39,964 bases of DNA from Abditibacteriaceae bacterium (GCA_031372065.1 JANMKN010000049.1:1-39964); one strand, 5' to 3'. Numbered from the stretch's first letter, positions 26,530-36,802 are shown. Notes: generated by a model not told the origin, from the sequence alone. Program-made: numbers and translations.

Positions 26530-29427
26530 ATGAACAATTTTCAACTCATTCGTGAAGAACACGTTTCGGAATTCAACTCGCTGGCGAAATGGTATCGTCA
26601 CACGCCCACCGGCGCGGAAATTCTGTCAATGGAAAACGATGACGAAAACAAATGTTTCGGCATCAATTTTCGCACGCCGCCGCAAGATTCCACCGGCGTG
26701 GCGCATATTTTAGAGCATTCGGTTTTGTGCGGCTCGCGCAAATATCCGCTCAAAGAGCCGTTCATCGAAATGGCGAAGGGTTCGCTAAAAACATTCCTCA
26801 ACGCTTTTACTTATCCCGATAAAACCTGCTATCCCGTCGCTTCCACCAACTTGCAAGATTTTTATAATCTGGTGGATGTTTATCTGGATGCGGTTTTTTA
26901 TCCAAACCTGACGCCTTACACCTTGGCCCAAGAAGGCTGGCATTACGAAATCGAAACGCCGGACGCGCCTTTGGAATTTAAGGGCGTGGTTTTCAACGAA
27001 ATGAAAGGCAATTATTCGTCGCCCGATGGCTTGCTCGGCGAACATTTGCAACAGGCGCTGTATCCCGATAACGAATATGGCGTGGATTCCGGCGGCGATC
27101 CGAAGGTGATTCCCAATCTCACTTTTGAGCAACTCTCAGAATTTCATCGGCGCCTTTATCATCCCTCCAACGCGCGCATTTTCTTTTACGGCGACGACGA
27201 TGCACAAAAGCGCCTCGCCATTTTGGACGAATGGCTCAGTGCCTTCGAGAAAACGCAGCCGCAATCGGAAGTGAGTTTTCAGCCGCGCTGGAACGAGCCG
27301 CGCTCTGTCGAAAAAACCTACGCGACGGACGAAGACAGCGACGGCAAAAGCTATCTCAAAATGGGCTGGGTTTTGGATGAACCAACCAGCATGGACGAAG
27401 CACTCGCGTGGCAAATGCTCAGTTACGTTTTGCTGTCCACGCCCGCCGCGCCGCTGCGCAAAGCGCTGATTGATTCAGCCCTCGGCGAAAACGTCACTGG
27501 CGGCCTCGAAGAATCGCTGCGCCAGCCCACTTTTAGCGCCGGACTCAAAGGCATCGAAGCCGAAAATGCTGCCAAAATTGAAGCGCTCATTGTGGACACG
27601 CTGGAAGACTTGGCGCAAAACGGCATTGACCCCGAAACCATCGAAGCGGCGGTCAACACCTTCGAGTTTCATCTGCGCGAAAACAATTCCGGCGGCTTTC
27701 CGCGCGGCTTGGCGCTGATGCTGTGGTCGCTCGACACATGGCTGCACGACAAAGACCCGATTGAGCCGCTGCGTTTTGAAAAGCCGCTGCAAGAACTCAA
27801 AGCGCGCCTCAAAACCGAACGCGTTTTTGAAACGATGATCGCCGGGCAATTGCTGGGTAACCGCCATCGCGCAACGGTGCTTTTGACGCCCGATGCCGCA
27901 CTGACAGCGCGCCAAGAAGCTGACGAAAAAGGTCGCCTCAGCGCCGCGCGCGAAATGCTCTCGACCGATGAAATTCAAAAGCTGATTCTCGACACGCAAG
28001 AACTCAAGCGCCGCCAGGAAACGCCCGACCCGCCCGAAGTTTTGGCTCTCATTCCCGGCTTGGAACTGGCCGATTTGGACAAGCAAAACAAAATCACGCC
28101 GCGCGAAGAAAAACATCTGGCGGGCGTGCCGGTTTTTCATAATCCACTGTTCACCAACGGCATTCTTTACGCTGATATTGGTTTCAATCTGCGTAACGTG
28201 CCGCAGCATTTGCTGCCGTATGTTTCGCTTTTTGGCCGCGCTTTAACGCAAATCGGCACGCAAAATGAAGATTTCGTGCGCCTAACACAGCGCATCGGCC
28301 AAAAAACCGGCGGCATTGGCGCATCCACGTTTTTGTCGGCCAAACGCGACCATCCCGAAGCCGCCGCGTGGCTGTTTTTGCGTGGCAAAGCCGTGCCCGA
28401 ACGCGCGCAAGATATGCTCGACATCTGGCGCGATGTTCTCTTAACCGTCAAATTGGATAATCAGGAACGCTTCAAGCAAATGGCGATGGAAGAAAAAGCG
28501 CGCCTCGAATCTTCGCTGGTGCCGAGTGGTCACGGCTATGTCGCCACTCGTTTGCGCGCTCATTTTTCAGAAGCCGGACGATTAAATGAAGCACTCGGCG
28601 GCGTCAGTTATTTGTTCTTCCTGCGTGAACTGTGCGCGAAAATTGATTCGGAGTGGGGCGAAGTTTTAGAATCTCTTGAAAGCCTGCGCTCGCACTGGCT
28701 CAACAAAAGTTCGGCGCACGGTCATGTAACCGCTGACGACGATTTGTATAACAAATTCGCGCCGCGCTTTGCTGATTTTCTTGGCACTCTGCCCGCACAC
28801 AATCCGGTGCCGGACGCGTGGGATTTTCCCTCTCCGCCACGCGGCGAAGGCCTGACGATCCCTGCCCAAGTGAATTATGTCGGCAAAGGCGCGAATTTGT
28901 TTGAACTGGACTACCAAAGCCACGGTTCGGCGGCGGTTATTAGCAATTATCTCAACACCACATGGATGTGGGAGCGCGTGCGAATGCGCGGCGGCGCTTA
29001 CGGCGGTTTTTGCGGTTTCGATCAATTGACCGGCGTGTTCACTTATGGCTCGTATCGCGACCCGAATTTGCTCAAAACGTTAGATATTTACGACGGCACG
29101 CCTGACTTTTTGCGGGAAGCCGACATCAGCGAAATCGAATTGCGGCGCAGCATTATCGGCGTGATTTCCGACATGGACACTTATCGCTTGCCCGACGCCA
29201 AAGGTTGGTCATCGTTTATGCGCCATCTCATCGGCGAAACCGACGAGCGGCGCCAACAAATGCGCGACGAAGTTTTGAATACCGGCGCGGACGATTTCAA
29301 AAATTTCGCCGACGTTTTAGAACAAGTCGCGCAAAGCGGCCACGTTGTCGTGATGGGTTCATCCGACGCCATTAAAACCGCCAACGAAGAACGCGTCGGC
29401 TTGATGGATGTAACGAAGGTTTTGTAA
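26530..29427 (+). CDS. Insulinase family M16C (presequence protease-like) zinc peptidase
   Basis: GVAHILEHSVLCGSRKYP (HxxEH), FLNAFTYPDKT-YP, GVVFNEMKG, RMRGGAYG, SYRDP. Confidence 0.96.
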   Translation: MNNFQLIREEHVSEFNSLAKWYRHTPTGAEILSMENDDENKCFGINFRTPPQDSTGVAHILEHSVLCGSRKYPLKEPFIEMAKGSLKTFLNAFTYPDKTCYPVASTNLQDFYNLVDVYLDAVFYPNLTPYTLAQEGWHYEIETPDAPLEFKGVVFNEMKGNYSSPDGLLGEHLQQALYPDNEYGVDSGGDPKVIPNLTFEQLSEFHRRLYHPSNARIFFYGDDDAQKRLAILDEWLSAFEKTQPQSEVSFQPRWNEPRSVEKTYATDEDSDGKSYLKMGWVLDEPTSMDEALAWQMLSYVLLSTPAAPLRKALIDSALGENVTGGLEESLRQPTFSAGLKGIEAENAAKIEALIVDTLEDLAQNGIDPETIEAAVNTFEFHLRENNSGGFPRGLALMLWSLDTWLHDKDPIEPLRFEKPLQELKARLKTERVFETMIAGQLLGNRHRATVLLTPDAALTARQEADEKGRLSAAREMLSTDEIQKLILDTQELKRRQETPDPPEVLALIPGLELADLDKQNKITPREEKHLAGVPVFHNPLFTNGILYADIGFNLRNVPQHLLPYVSLFGRALTQIGTQNEDFVRLTQRIGQKTGGIGASTFLSAKRDHPEAAAWLFLRGKAVPERAQDMLDIWRDVLLTVKLDNQERFKQMAMEEKARLESSLVPSGHGYVATRLRAHFSEAGRLNEALGGVSYLFFLRELCAKIDSEWGEVLESLESLRSHWLNKSSAHGHVTADDDLYNKFAPRFADFLGTLPAHNPVPDAWDFPSPPRGEGLTIPAQVNYVGKGANLFELDYQSHGSAAVISNYLNTTWMWERVRMRGGAYGGFCGFDQLTGVFTYGSYRDPNLLKTLDIYDGTPDFLREADISEIELRRSIIGVISDMDTYRLPDAKGWSSFMRHLIGETDERRQQMRDEVLNTGADDFKNFADVLEQVAQSGHVVVMGSSDAIKTANEERVGLMDVTKVL

Positions 29428-29450
29428 TTCATTTTCGCTTTCGACTTTCA

Positions 29451-29591
29451 AATGGAACACGGATTTCATACACGGAAAAGACACGGATTGACACAGCCTT
29501 GTTTTTGGAAACGAGGTTATTTGGAGTTAAGAATCTCTCAAAAATCCGTGACAATCTGTGCCGTTTCTGTGTATGAAATCCGTGTTCCATT
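29451..29591. repeat. MITE-like palindromic element, copy 2
   Basis: 28-bp IR with 1 mismatch (29451-29478 / 29564-29591); core gaacacggatttcatacacggaaa identical to copy 1. Confidence 0.9.
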
Positions 29592-29602
29592 CATATTCAT
29601 TC

Positions 29603-31033
29603 ATGCAAGAAACTTATGACATTGCTGTTATCGGCGCCGGGACAGGTGGTTTAGTCTCGGCATTTTTATGCGACAGCTTGGGCGCGAAAACGGCGCTGAT
29701 TGAAAAAGCGCGCATGGGCGGCGAGTGCTTGTGGACAGGTTGCGTGCCTTCCAAGGCATTGATTCGCTCGGCCAAGGTTTTTGCAACCGTCAAACGCGCG
29801 GCGGAATTTGGCGTGCAGGTTGAAAACGCGCGTCTTGATTGGCACATTGTTCAGCAGCGATTGGCGGCGGTGCGCGATGAAATCAAAGAACTCGAACGCG
29901 TCGAAATGGCGAAAACGAAAATTGATTTCATCACAGCCACGGCGCGCTTTTTGGACGCCAACACGCTGGAATTGACTGACAAAAGCGGCACAACGCAATT
30001 GCGCGCCCATAAATTCATTTTAGCCACCGGAACGAAGGCAAACATTCCTGATATTCTCGGTCTTGGCGATGTGGATTTTCTCACGCACGAAACGATTTTC
30101 GATGTGCCTGATTTGCCGCGTTCGCTGACGATTTTAGGTGGCGGGCCGGTTGCCTGCGAATTCGCGCAAGCCTTCGCGCGTTTTGGCACCCAAGTCACGA
30201 TTTTGCAGCAAGGCGAGCACCTTTTGCCCAAAGAAGACAGCGAAATATCGGCGACTTTGCAAACACTTTTGCAAAACGACGGCGTGCAAATTTTTCTGAA
30301 TGCCAAAACCAAACGCGTCGAAAAAGATAAAGCCATTCGTTTGATTTTTGAAGCAGACGGTGCCGAAAAAACTGTCGTAAGCGAGCATTTATTGGTCGCC
30401 ACCGGCAAAAAAGCGCACGATACGGTCAATTTCGCTGCCGCTGGCGTGCAAATGCACGAGCGCGGCGTGATTGTGGATGAAAATCTGAAAACCACCGCGC
30501 CGCATATTTGGGCTTGCGGAGATATAACGGGCGCCTATTTATTTACGCACGTCGCGGAATATGGAGGCAAAATCGCCGCGCAAAACGCGCTTTTGCCAGT
30601 CAAAGCCAAAGCCGACTATCGCATCGTGCCGTGGACGACGTTTACCGATCCCGAAGTGGCGCATCTTGGTTTGACCGAAGAAGAAGCGCGTGAGGAACAC
30701 GGCGAAGCGAAGAGTTACAAAGTGCCGTTTTCGCGTTTAGACCGCGCGATTATCGAAGGGGAAACATCCGGCTTTTTGAAAGCGATTTGCACGGGCAGCG
30801 GACGCTTAGTCGGCGCGCATATTATCGGCCCGCAGGCTGGCGAACTGATTCACACATTTGTGCCTGCCGTGCGCGACGGCGCGCTCTTGCAAGAACTGGC
30901 GGAAACCATTCACGTTTACCCGACGCTTTCCGAAATCGGTCATCGCGCGGGCAATCAGTTTTATCAGGACACGCTCAACGACGCGCTCGAAAAAGCGCCG
31001 GTGCGCTGGTTGTTGAACAAATTCGTCAAATAA
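29603..31033 (+). CDS. Flavoprotein pyridine nucleotide-disulfide oxidoreductase (LPD/MerA-like family)
   Basis: GAGTGG, GGECLWTGCVPSK redox disulfide, GGGPVACE, TFTDPE, IHVYPTLSE. Confidence 0.92.
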   Translation: MQETYDIAVIGAGTGGLVSAFLCDSLGAKTALIEKARMGGECLWTGCVPSKALIRSAKVFATVKRAAEFGVQVENARLDWHIVQQRLAAVRDEIKELERVEMAKTKIDFITATARFLDANTLELTDKSGTTQLRAHKFILATGTKANIPDILGLGDVDFLTHETIFDVPDLPRSLTILGGGPVACEFAQAFARFGTQVTILQQGEHLLPKEDSEISATLQTLLQNDGVQIFLNAKTKRVEKDKAIRLIFEADGAEKTVVSEHLLVATGKKAHDTVNFAAAGVQMHERGVIVDENLKTTAPHIWACGDITGAYLFTHVAEYGGKIAAQNALLPVKAKADYRIVPWTTFTDPEVAHLGLTEEEAREEHGEAKSYKVPFSRLDRAIIEGETSGFLKAICTGSGRLVGAHIIGPQAGELIHTFVPAVRDGALLQELAETIHVYPTLSEIGHRAGNQFYQDTLNDALEKAPVRWLLNKFVK

Positions 31034-31043
31034 AATGCAAAAC

Positions 31044-31080
31044 AAAAACGCTCCGCGAAATCTTTCGCGGAGCGTTTTTT
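31044..31080. terminator. Bidirectional intrinsic terminator
   Basis: aaaaacgctccgcgaaa-tc-tttcgcggagcgtttttt between convergent genes. Confidence 0.88.
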
Positions 31081-31101
31081 CGACCAAATTTAGCTTACGC
31101 C

Positions 31102-31875
31102 TTATTTGGTGTCAAAGGTGTAACCGACTTGGACGAAGAAGCCCGAATCGGTGGTGACGCCTTGACGCGCCCAGCCGAGGCTCAGGCCAAAAGGCTGGCC
31201 CTTCGGACGGTAACGGCCACCAATCGAATACGGAATCTTCGCGCCCGCGAAATCAAGGTTCTTCGATTGAATTTCGCCAACGAGTTGAAAATCACCGGTT
31301 TTGGTAACAGGCACTTCCGCGCCGGCATAAACCGATAATTTCTTGCTGTCGCCACCCACGCCACCGAAATCGTAGCGATCATAGCGCAAGCCCAAGTGAC
31401 CGGTAATCGGCGCTTTGCCGTCGGTCAACTGGCCCAGATATTTGCTCGCTACGGCGTAAACATGAGCATTCTTCACCAAAGCGTGGTCGTAACCAGCGCC
31501 CACCGCAAAGCGCACGCCTGCGGGATCACTTTCTTTGGTGATGAGGTATTTCGCGCCGATAGCACCGCCGGTGCGATCCAACGCGCCACCGCCAGCAACA
31601 CTCAGCTTGTCAATGCCACCGCTGATTTCGATGTTATCGCTAACACGACCTGCGGCGTAAAGACCGTAGAGCTTGACATTACCGCCACCGGGGTTGCCAA
31701 GATCATAGTAGTTGCCCTGAAGACGGATGCCGCCTTCGTTGGGAATCTGCGCGGTTGGGTTGAGCGGAAGGCCTACTGCACCGCTGACTGTCAAATCGGC
31801 CCGTGCGCTTTGTGCGCCGGACAATGCACCGAGTGTTACGACTGCCGCAATGGCGGCTTTGAACGACTTGTTCAT
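31102..31875 (-). CDS. Exported, probable outer-membrane beta-barrel protein
   Basis: Signal peptide ending ARA; GAVGLPLNPTA N-terminal motif; alternating Gly/aromatic strands; ends VQVGYTFDTK. Confidence 0.75.
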   Translation of the reverse strand: MNKSFKAAIAAVVTLGALSGAQSARADLTVSGAVGLPLNPTAQIPNEGGIRLQGNYYDLGNPGGGNVKLYGLYAAGRVSDNIEISGGIDKLSVAGGGALDRTGGAIGAKYLITKESDPAGVRFAVGAGYDHALVKNAHVYAVASKYLGQLTDGKAPITGHLGLRYDRYDFGGVGGDSKKLSVYAGAEVPVTKTGDFQLVGEIQSKNLDFAGAKIPYSIGGRYRPKGQPFGLSLGWARQGVTTDSGFFVQVGYTFDTK

Positions 31876-32260
31876 GTGAACTACATCCCCTTTTCATGCT
31901 GATTGCAACGATGACTACGATGGCTGCACGAAAAAGCCTGTTTGTGTGCCAGTTGGTTTGTGCTGCGACAGAAAATCCACTCGAATATCAGGTTTCACAA
32001 TGCAGCAAAGAGTCCAAAGAGGCAGTGTCCACGTTTCCTGCTACTGAGACCTTCACTGAAAATGATTTGAGATTCGGCTTTATTTGTGTGCGCAGAATAT
32101 TCGAATCTGGCAAACGAGAATTTGACCCCTCCTTTCGGGGAATCACTTTACTGGTGGAAAAGGCCCTGAATTCCAATTCCAAAGGCAAAGTTCAATCCTC
32201 AACTCCGAACGATTGCTACTCCGAAACACCATCGCAATGTCTTCGTAACATCAATTTAAC

Positions 32261-32289
32261 ATTATAAACGCCATGATATTGCGTGTCAA
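32261..32289 (-). promoter_or_regulatory. Perfect consensus sigma70 promoter
   Basis: Minus strand reads TTGACA-cgcaatatcatggcgtt (17 nt)-TATAAT. Confidence 0.88.
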
Positions 32290-32310
32290 ACAAAAACTGT
32301 AAAACGCAAG

Positions 32311-32351
32311 AAAAACGCGCCGCTAAAACGTGTTTTCGGCGGCGCGCTTTC
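32311..32351 (-). terminator. Intrinsic terminator of the S55 gene
   Basis: cgcgccgc / gcggcgcg stem with a T-run on the minus strand, 35 nt after the stop. Confidence 0.75.
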
Positions 32352-32386
32352 TATAAATCTGCTCAAAAACGCTTTCCAAATTGTTC

Positions 32387-35300
32387 TCAGCGGCCTGGCT
32401 GTGATATTTCTATAAGCGCACTGTTGCCAGCGGCATCTTCGACGCGCACTTCAATTTTGCGCGGCGCGGCCTCTCCTTTTGCCAATTCGGGCAAGGAAAT
32501 TAGTGCCGTCATCGCTTCGCGTCGCGAGTCGAACAATCCATCCACCGCCGCTACCGCTTGCCAATCGCCTTTGGCCTCTTCCTTTTTGTCGTCAGCTTTC
32601 GGTTCGGCTTTGGCCTCGGATTTTTCCTTGACAAAACGCCATTCGGCGCCTGCGATGGGCGAAAGTCCATCCACAGCCACACCCGTGAGCCACAGTTGAT
32701 TATTTTTCAAGCCGAGCGCCACTTCAAGACGCGGCGGCGTGTTGTCTATCGTAAATGGCAGGCTGATAGATTCGTCGTGTTGCGGGTCTTCGGGATTGCG
32801 TACTTCATCGTCGCCTTTGATTTTCACGATGTAGGTGCCATCGGCCCATTTGGAGGTATCAAGTTCGTAATCCGCAGTTTCCCTCGCCCGTTCCAGCAGT
32901 TTCCAGTTGGTGCCTTGGTCGGCGGAGATGAAGACATCATAACGCAACGAATCGGCATCGGGGTCTTTGCCTGTCCATGTGAATTTCTTTTTGCCTTTCC
33001 AAAATTCGCCGCCTTTTGGCGTATTTACGCTAATAATTGGCGGGCTGTTACGCGAGCGATAAAGAATTTCCACGCGAATTAGGGCCGCCGCAGCGGAGGC
33101 GGCATCAAGGCGGGCGCGATATTGCAAAAAACGCGCGTCCGGCGAGGCCACGCGCCATTCGCCGAGGTCGTTGATTAAAGCCGCTTGCCACGGATTCCAA
33201 GTTTTATCGGGTTCGTTGGTGTTGCCGCTGCGCGTTTCCAATGTCACGCCGCGCCCGGTAAAACGTAGCGCGCCCCAGCGCACCATGCTTTTGGCGTCTA
33301 ATACTGTTGAAGTAAACGTGCCTGCGCCACGCTCTCGCAGCGAAAGACGATAGGCGGCGCCACTGTTGCCGGTGCCGATTAACAAATCGCTGTCCGGCAC
33401 TAAAGCGAGGGCCAAAGCCTGCTGTTCATCGGCTTCCAACACGCGCGCGGCAATGGTGTCATTGGCATTTTTGCCGGGCGCCACCAGATAAACCACGCCT
33501 TTGTTGCCCGTCGCGACCATAATGCTGCCATCCGGCGTGCGACGCATGGCGAAAACAGCCTGCTGCGGCGAAGCGTATAATTCCTGCACGCCGTCCGTTG
33601 ACGTCCAACGATAAATGGTGCCGTTGCCGGAGGTGCCGAAATAAACGCCTTCGGGCGCCGCTGCCACGGCCACGACTTCGCCGTCGAGCAAACGGCTCGG
33701 CGCCAACGGTGTTTCAAAAAGCGCCTGCGCGGCGCCATTTGAGGCATCCACTTTTAGCAGCACGCCATCATCGCCGGTGCCCGCGAAAATATCGTTTTTC
33801 CACACTGACAGGGCGCGAATGTGCTTTTGTGGCACGGTTGCCAGCAAGGTGCCGCCTTGCGCAATGGAATTGGCGTCGCTGGGATAAATTTGCGTGCGCG
33901 TGGCCACATCGCTCAAGCGAAAAATCTTGCCGGTTTTGCCGCCACTACCAAGCAATAAGCGGCCTTGTTCATCCCATTCCAGCGCCCAAATATAATCTTG
34001 ACCGGCGTTGAAAATCGTCTGCGAAGTGCCATCGGTGGCCATGCGCAGCAAGCGCCCGCCGGGGGCAAGCGCCGCGTAAAGATTGCCGGTTTTATCGGTG
34101 GTTAGCGCCGTAATCGCGACTTCATTGCCGCTGTAAAGCAGCGTGCGCGTGCCAGCGGGCGCGATTTTCCAAAGGCGCGCATTACTGCCGGTTCCGATGA
34201 AAACGTTGCCCGCGCTATCGCCCGCGATGCTCCAAACAAATGGTTCGGGCGTGTTGACAATCGCTTTGGTGTTCGGCGCGAGGCGAATCTGGCCGTCACT
34301 GGTTAAAAGAGCGTGTTCAAAGCGGCCTTGCAGGAAATCGGCGCCGTTGTCTTGCACCCACGCTTGCGCGGGACGGGCAATCGTTTTTGGGTCGGGTATT
34401 GGCGTGGGTTTTGGCGACACAACGGGGGGCAGAGTCGGCTTTGATTCAACTGCTGGAGGATTGGCCGGTGGCGGCACCGTCGCGCCGCTGCCGGGCGGCG
34501 GTGGCACTGTTATATCTTTTTGCTGTGGCGCAGGCTTTGGTTTGTCGTCCGGTTTTTCTTGCATTTGCAACGCTTTTATTTGTTGCAAAAACGGCGCGTT
34601 GTGCAACCAGTCAGCGAAATCGGCCTTCGGATTGACCACAAAAACGTCTGGTGGCAGCAAGGACGCGCTTTCCATGTCGCCCGCAGGGCGCGGCGCGGTT
34701 CCCGGCGGCGTGTCGGGGCGAGGAATGCCCGGTGGCAACAACGACGGCGTGGTTCGTGGACGCGCCGCTTCATCGGGATTTTCGATGGGAATTGCCAAAA
34801 GCTGGGCGCCTAAAATGACGTAATCAAGTTTTTCGCGGCGTTCATCAATCTCATTGTAAGCGCCGATGCCGGTAGATTGCGTCGTGCGAACCAAACGTGC
34901 CCACGAAGGCGGCGGCGAAGCGAGTTTTTGCTGGTCAACCTGCAAATAAAGGTCTGGCGTGGAAGCGATCACCATTAATTCATCAAACGCGCCCAATCGG
35001 CCAAAGGCTTTGACCAATTCTGGCAAGGTGGTCGGGTCGGGCGGCGCGCCGCCGACGCGGGTTTGCAGCGTCCAAAAACTGGTGGACGGCCCCGCTGCAA
35101 TGCGCATTGCGCCACTTGGCGTGTTATCAGGCACTTTGAAATCAAAAGTGCGCGAAAAGGTTTTACCCGGCGTGTCGGTTGGCTCGAAGATCGCCGAAAT
35201 TTGCACTGTTTCGCCCGGTTTTACCTTGTTGCGGTTCGCCACCAATTGTTTCAAAAGCGCGGTTCTGCGCTTCGGTTCCACCGTGACCGCTAAATCAATG

Positions 35301-36679
35301 CGTTTCAAATTGCCGCGCGCGAATTCGTTATTTTGAGTGAGCGAAATGCTCTGCGCGAGATCAACCATCGCCGCGTTGGAAATAGGGTCTTGCGAATACA
35401 GCAAATTATGCCGTTTGATCGGCAAAGCGCCTTCGAGTTCAACATTCAAACTAATGCGCACCATTTTGTCGGACGGCTGGCCCAAAACCGATTCGATGGC
35501 ATCGGCTGCCGTAGACATCACCAATTGCGGCGTGAGCATCGGGTCTTTCATGACGCGCACGCGAATCACGCGCTTAATTTGCCGCTCGTCATCGCGCAAT
35601 GTCACCGTCATCGGCAGCATATCGGGCTGAACACCCACTGTGCCGCCAATCGCAAAGGGCGTGTCCTGCTGCAATGTGCCGACGGCTTTGACTGGCGAAC
35701 CAAATTTAAAACTGCGCTCGTAACTGGGAAAAATGTCGTGAATATACGCCGTTGTCATCGGCAAAGAAGCTGCACCGAGGCCAAACATCGGATGTCCGAA
35801 GGCCAAAATGCGGTTGCCCATGCGAAAGGTAATGGTGCCAATGGCGGTTTGATCCATGTCACCGGACACCAATTGCACGCCGATGGCGCCACCTTCGATA
35901 AACGGCGGATTAACGCCGGTTTTCTTCGACGATGGGCCAATAATCGGCTCAATTTGATACGGTTCCAGCGCTTGTTTGAGGCGCGGCAGCGATTTTTCGG
36001 AGTAGCCGGAAAGCTGTAAAAGCGTCGTCGCGGGCCGCAAAGTCATGGTGCTGCCGGCCAAAGCCAAGCGCTCGCGATTGCGCGAGATGACCACTTTATT
36101 GATGTCATGTCCGGCCAGATTGAGCGCTTGCGTGGGACGATAAGCAATTTCCTGCTTGAGATTAATTTTCGTGCGCGAATTGTCGGGCAGCGAGGTTTCG
36201 ATCATCGAAGTGATCGGTGTGACGCCGCCGATAGGTTCTTTGGGAAAGCCCCAACCAAAGGCAATGGCGCCGAGCATTTTGCCACCGAAATAAACCGGAC
36301 TGCCGCTCATGCCCGCGATTATTCCGCTTTGCCGTTTGACAACCGGGCCGCCTAAAATGCGAATCAAAACGATGTCGCCACCGCCATTGACTTTTTCCAA
36401 TCGCCCCAGCGCTTCAACAGGAAATTCTTCGATCTTCGTGCCTTGAAACACGCTGCGTGCTACGCCGCGCATTCCGCGCTTGATTTCGGATGAGCGAATG
36501 ATTTTGCCTTGCCTCAGCAGCATTTGCACAAGGCTTTTGGCATCGGCTTTTTCCTCAACGGGCACTTTGGTGTTGGGTTTGGTCTGCGCCGTTGCAGAAA
36601 GGGCAGTCAGACCACAAAAAAAGGCCACCACAACCTTTAACGCACCGTGATTCACACGGTGCGACAAGAAAGAAATCAT
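32387..36679 (-). CDS. Secreted SpoIVB/S55 peptidase fused to beta-propeller and Ig/Fn3-like domains
   Basis: AGGAG RBS, signal peptide, GIIAGMSGSPVY, ILAFGHP, Pro-rich linker, repeated D-GN-Y/F-GTG blades, WTGKDPDADSLRYDV and IDNTPP. Confidence 0.88.
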   Translation of the reverse strand: MISFLSHRVNHGALKVVVAFFCGLTALSATAQTKPNTKVPVEEKADAKSLVQMLLRQGKIIRSSEIKRGMRGVARSVFQGTKIEEFPVEALGRLEKVNGGGDIVLIRILGGPVVKRQSGIIAGMSGSPVYFGGKMLGAIAFGWGFPKEPIGGVTPITSMIETSLPDNSRTKINLKQEIAYRPTQALNLAGHDINKVVISRNRERLALAGSTMTLRPATTLLQLSGYSEKSLPRLKQALEPYQIEPIIGPSSKKTGVNPPFIEGGAIGVQLVSGDMDQTAIGTITFRMGNRILAFGHPMFGLGAASLPMTTAYIHDIFPSYERSFKFGSPVKAVGTLQQDTPFAIGGTVGVQPDMLPMTVTLRDDERQIKRVIRVRVMKDPMLTPQLVMSTAADAIESVLGQPSDKMVRISLNVELEGALPIKRHNLLYSQDPISNAAMVDLAQSISLTQNNEFARGNLKRIDLAVTVEPKRRTALLKQLVANRNKVKPGETVQISAIFEPTDTPGKTFSRTFDFKVPDNTPSGAMRIAAGPSTSFWTLQTRVGGAPPDPTTLPELVKAFGRLGAFDELMVIASTPDLYLQVDQQKLASPPPSWARLVRTTQSTGIGAYNEIDERREKLDYVILGAQLLAIPIENPDEAARPRTTPSLLPPGIPRPDTPPGTAPRPAGDMESASLLPPDVFVVNPKADFADWLHNAPFLQQIKALQMQEKPDDKPKPAPQQKDITVPPPPGSGATVPPPANPPAVESKPTLPPVVSPKPTPIPDPKTIARPAQAWVQDNGADFLQGRFEHALLTSDGQIRLAPNTKAIVNTPEPFVWSIAGDSAGNVFIGTGSNARLWKIAPAGTRTLLYSGNEVAITALTTDKTGNLYAALAPGGRLLRMATDGTSQTIFNAGQDYIWALEWDEQGRLLLGSGGKTGKIFRLSDVATRTQIYPSDANSIAQGGTLLATVPQKHIRALSVWKNDIFAGTGDDGVLLKVDASNGAAQALFETPLAPSRLLDGEVVAVAAAPEGVYFGTSGNGTIYRWTSTDGVQELYASPQQAVFAMRRTPDGSIMVATGNKGVVYLVAPGKNANDTIAARVLEADEQQALALALVPDSDLLIGTGNSGAAYRLSLRERGAGTFTSTVLDAKSMVRWGALRFTGRGVTLETRSGNTNEPDKTWNPWQAALINDLGEWRVASPDARFLQYRARLDAASAAAALIRVEILYRSRNSPPIISVNTPKGGEFWKGKKKFTWTGKDPDADSLRYDVFISADQGTNWKLLERARETADYELDTSKWADGTYIVKIKGDDEVRNPEDPQHDESISLPFTIDNTPPRLEVALGLKNNQLWLTGVAVDGLSPIAGAEWRFVKEKSEAKAEPKADDKKEEAKGDWQAVAAVDGLFDSRREAMTALISLPELAKGEAAPRKIEVRVEDAAGNSALIEISQPGR

Positions 36680-36715
36680 GCGAAAGTTCTCCTGACGATT
36701 ATTAAGGCTGCAAAC

Positions 36716-36746
36716 AAAAACGCCCCAGAGGTTTTTGGGGCGTTTT
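36716..36746 (-). terminator. Intrinsic terminator after the fol/pan operon
   Basis: aaaaacgccccagaggtttttggggcgtttt hairpin. Confidence 0.75.
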
Positions 36747-36802
36747 GCAAGCGAATTCATGAACGTAAGTTTAACAAAGCCTTGCGTGCGATAAAAAAGT
36801 CG

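Noticed and set aside
29603..31033. Mercuric reductase merA or true lpdA
   Set aside because: No C-terminal Cys-Cys pair or mer genes; has YPT rather than the HPT of LPD, and no dehydrogenase complex genes nearby.
31896..32267. 123-aa plus-strand ORF
   Set aside because: No recognisable motifs or RBS; antisense to a strong promoter's leader.
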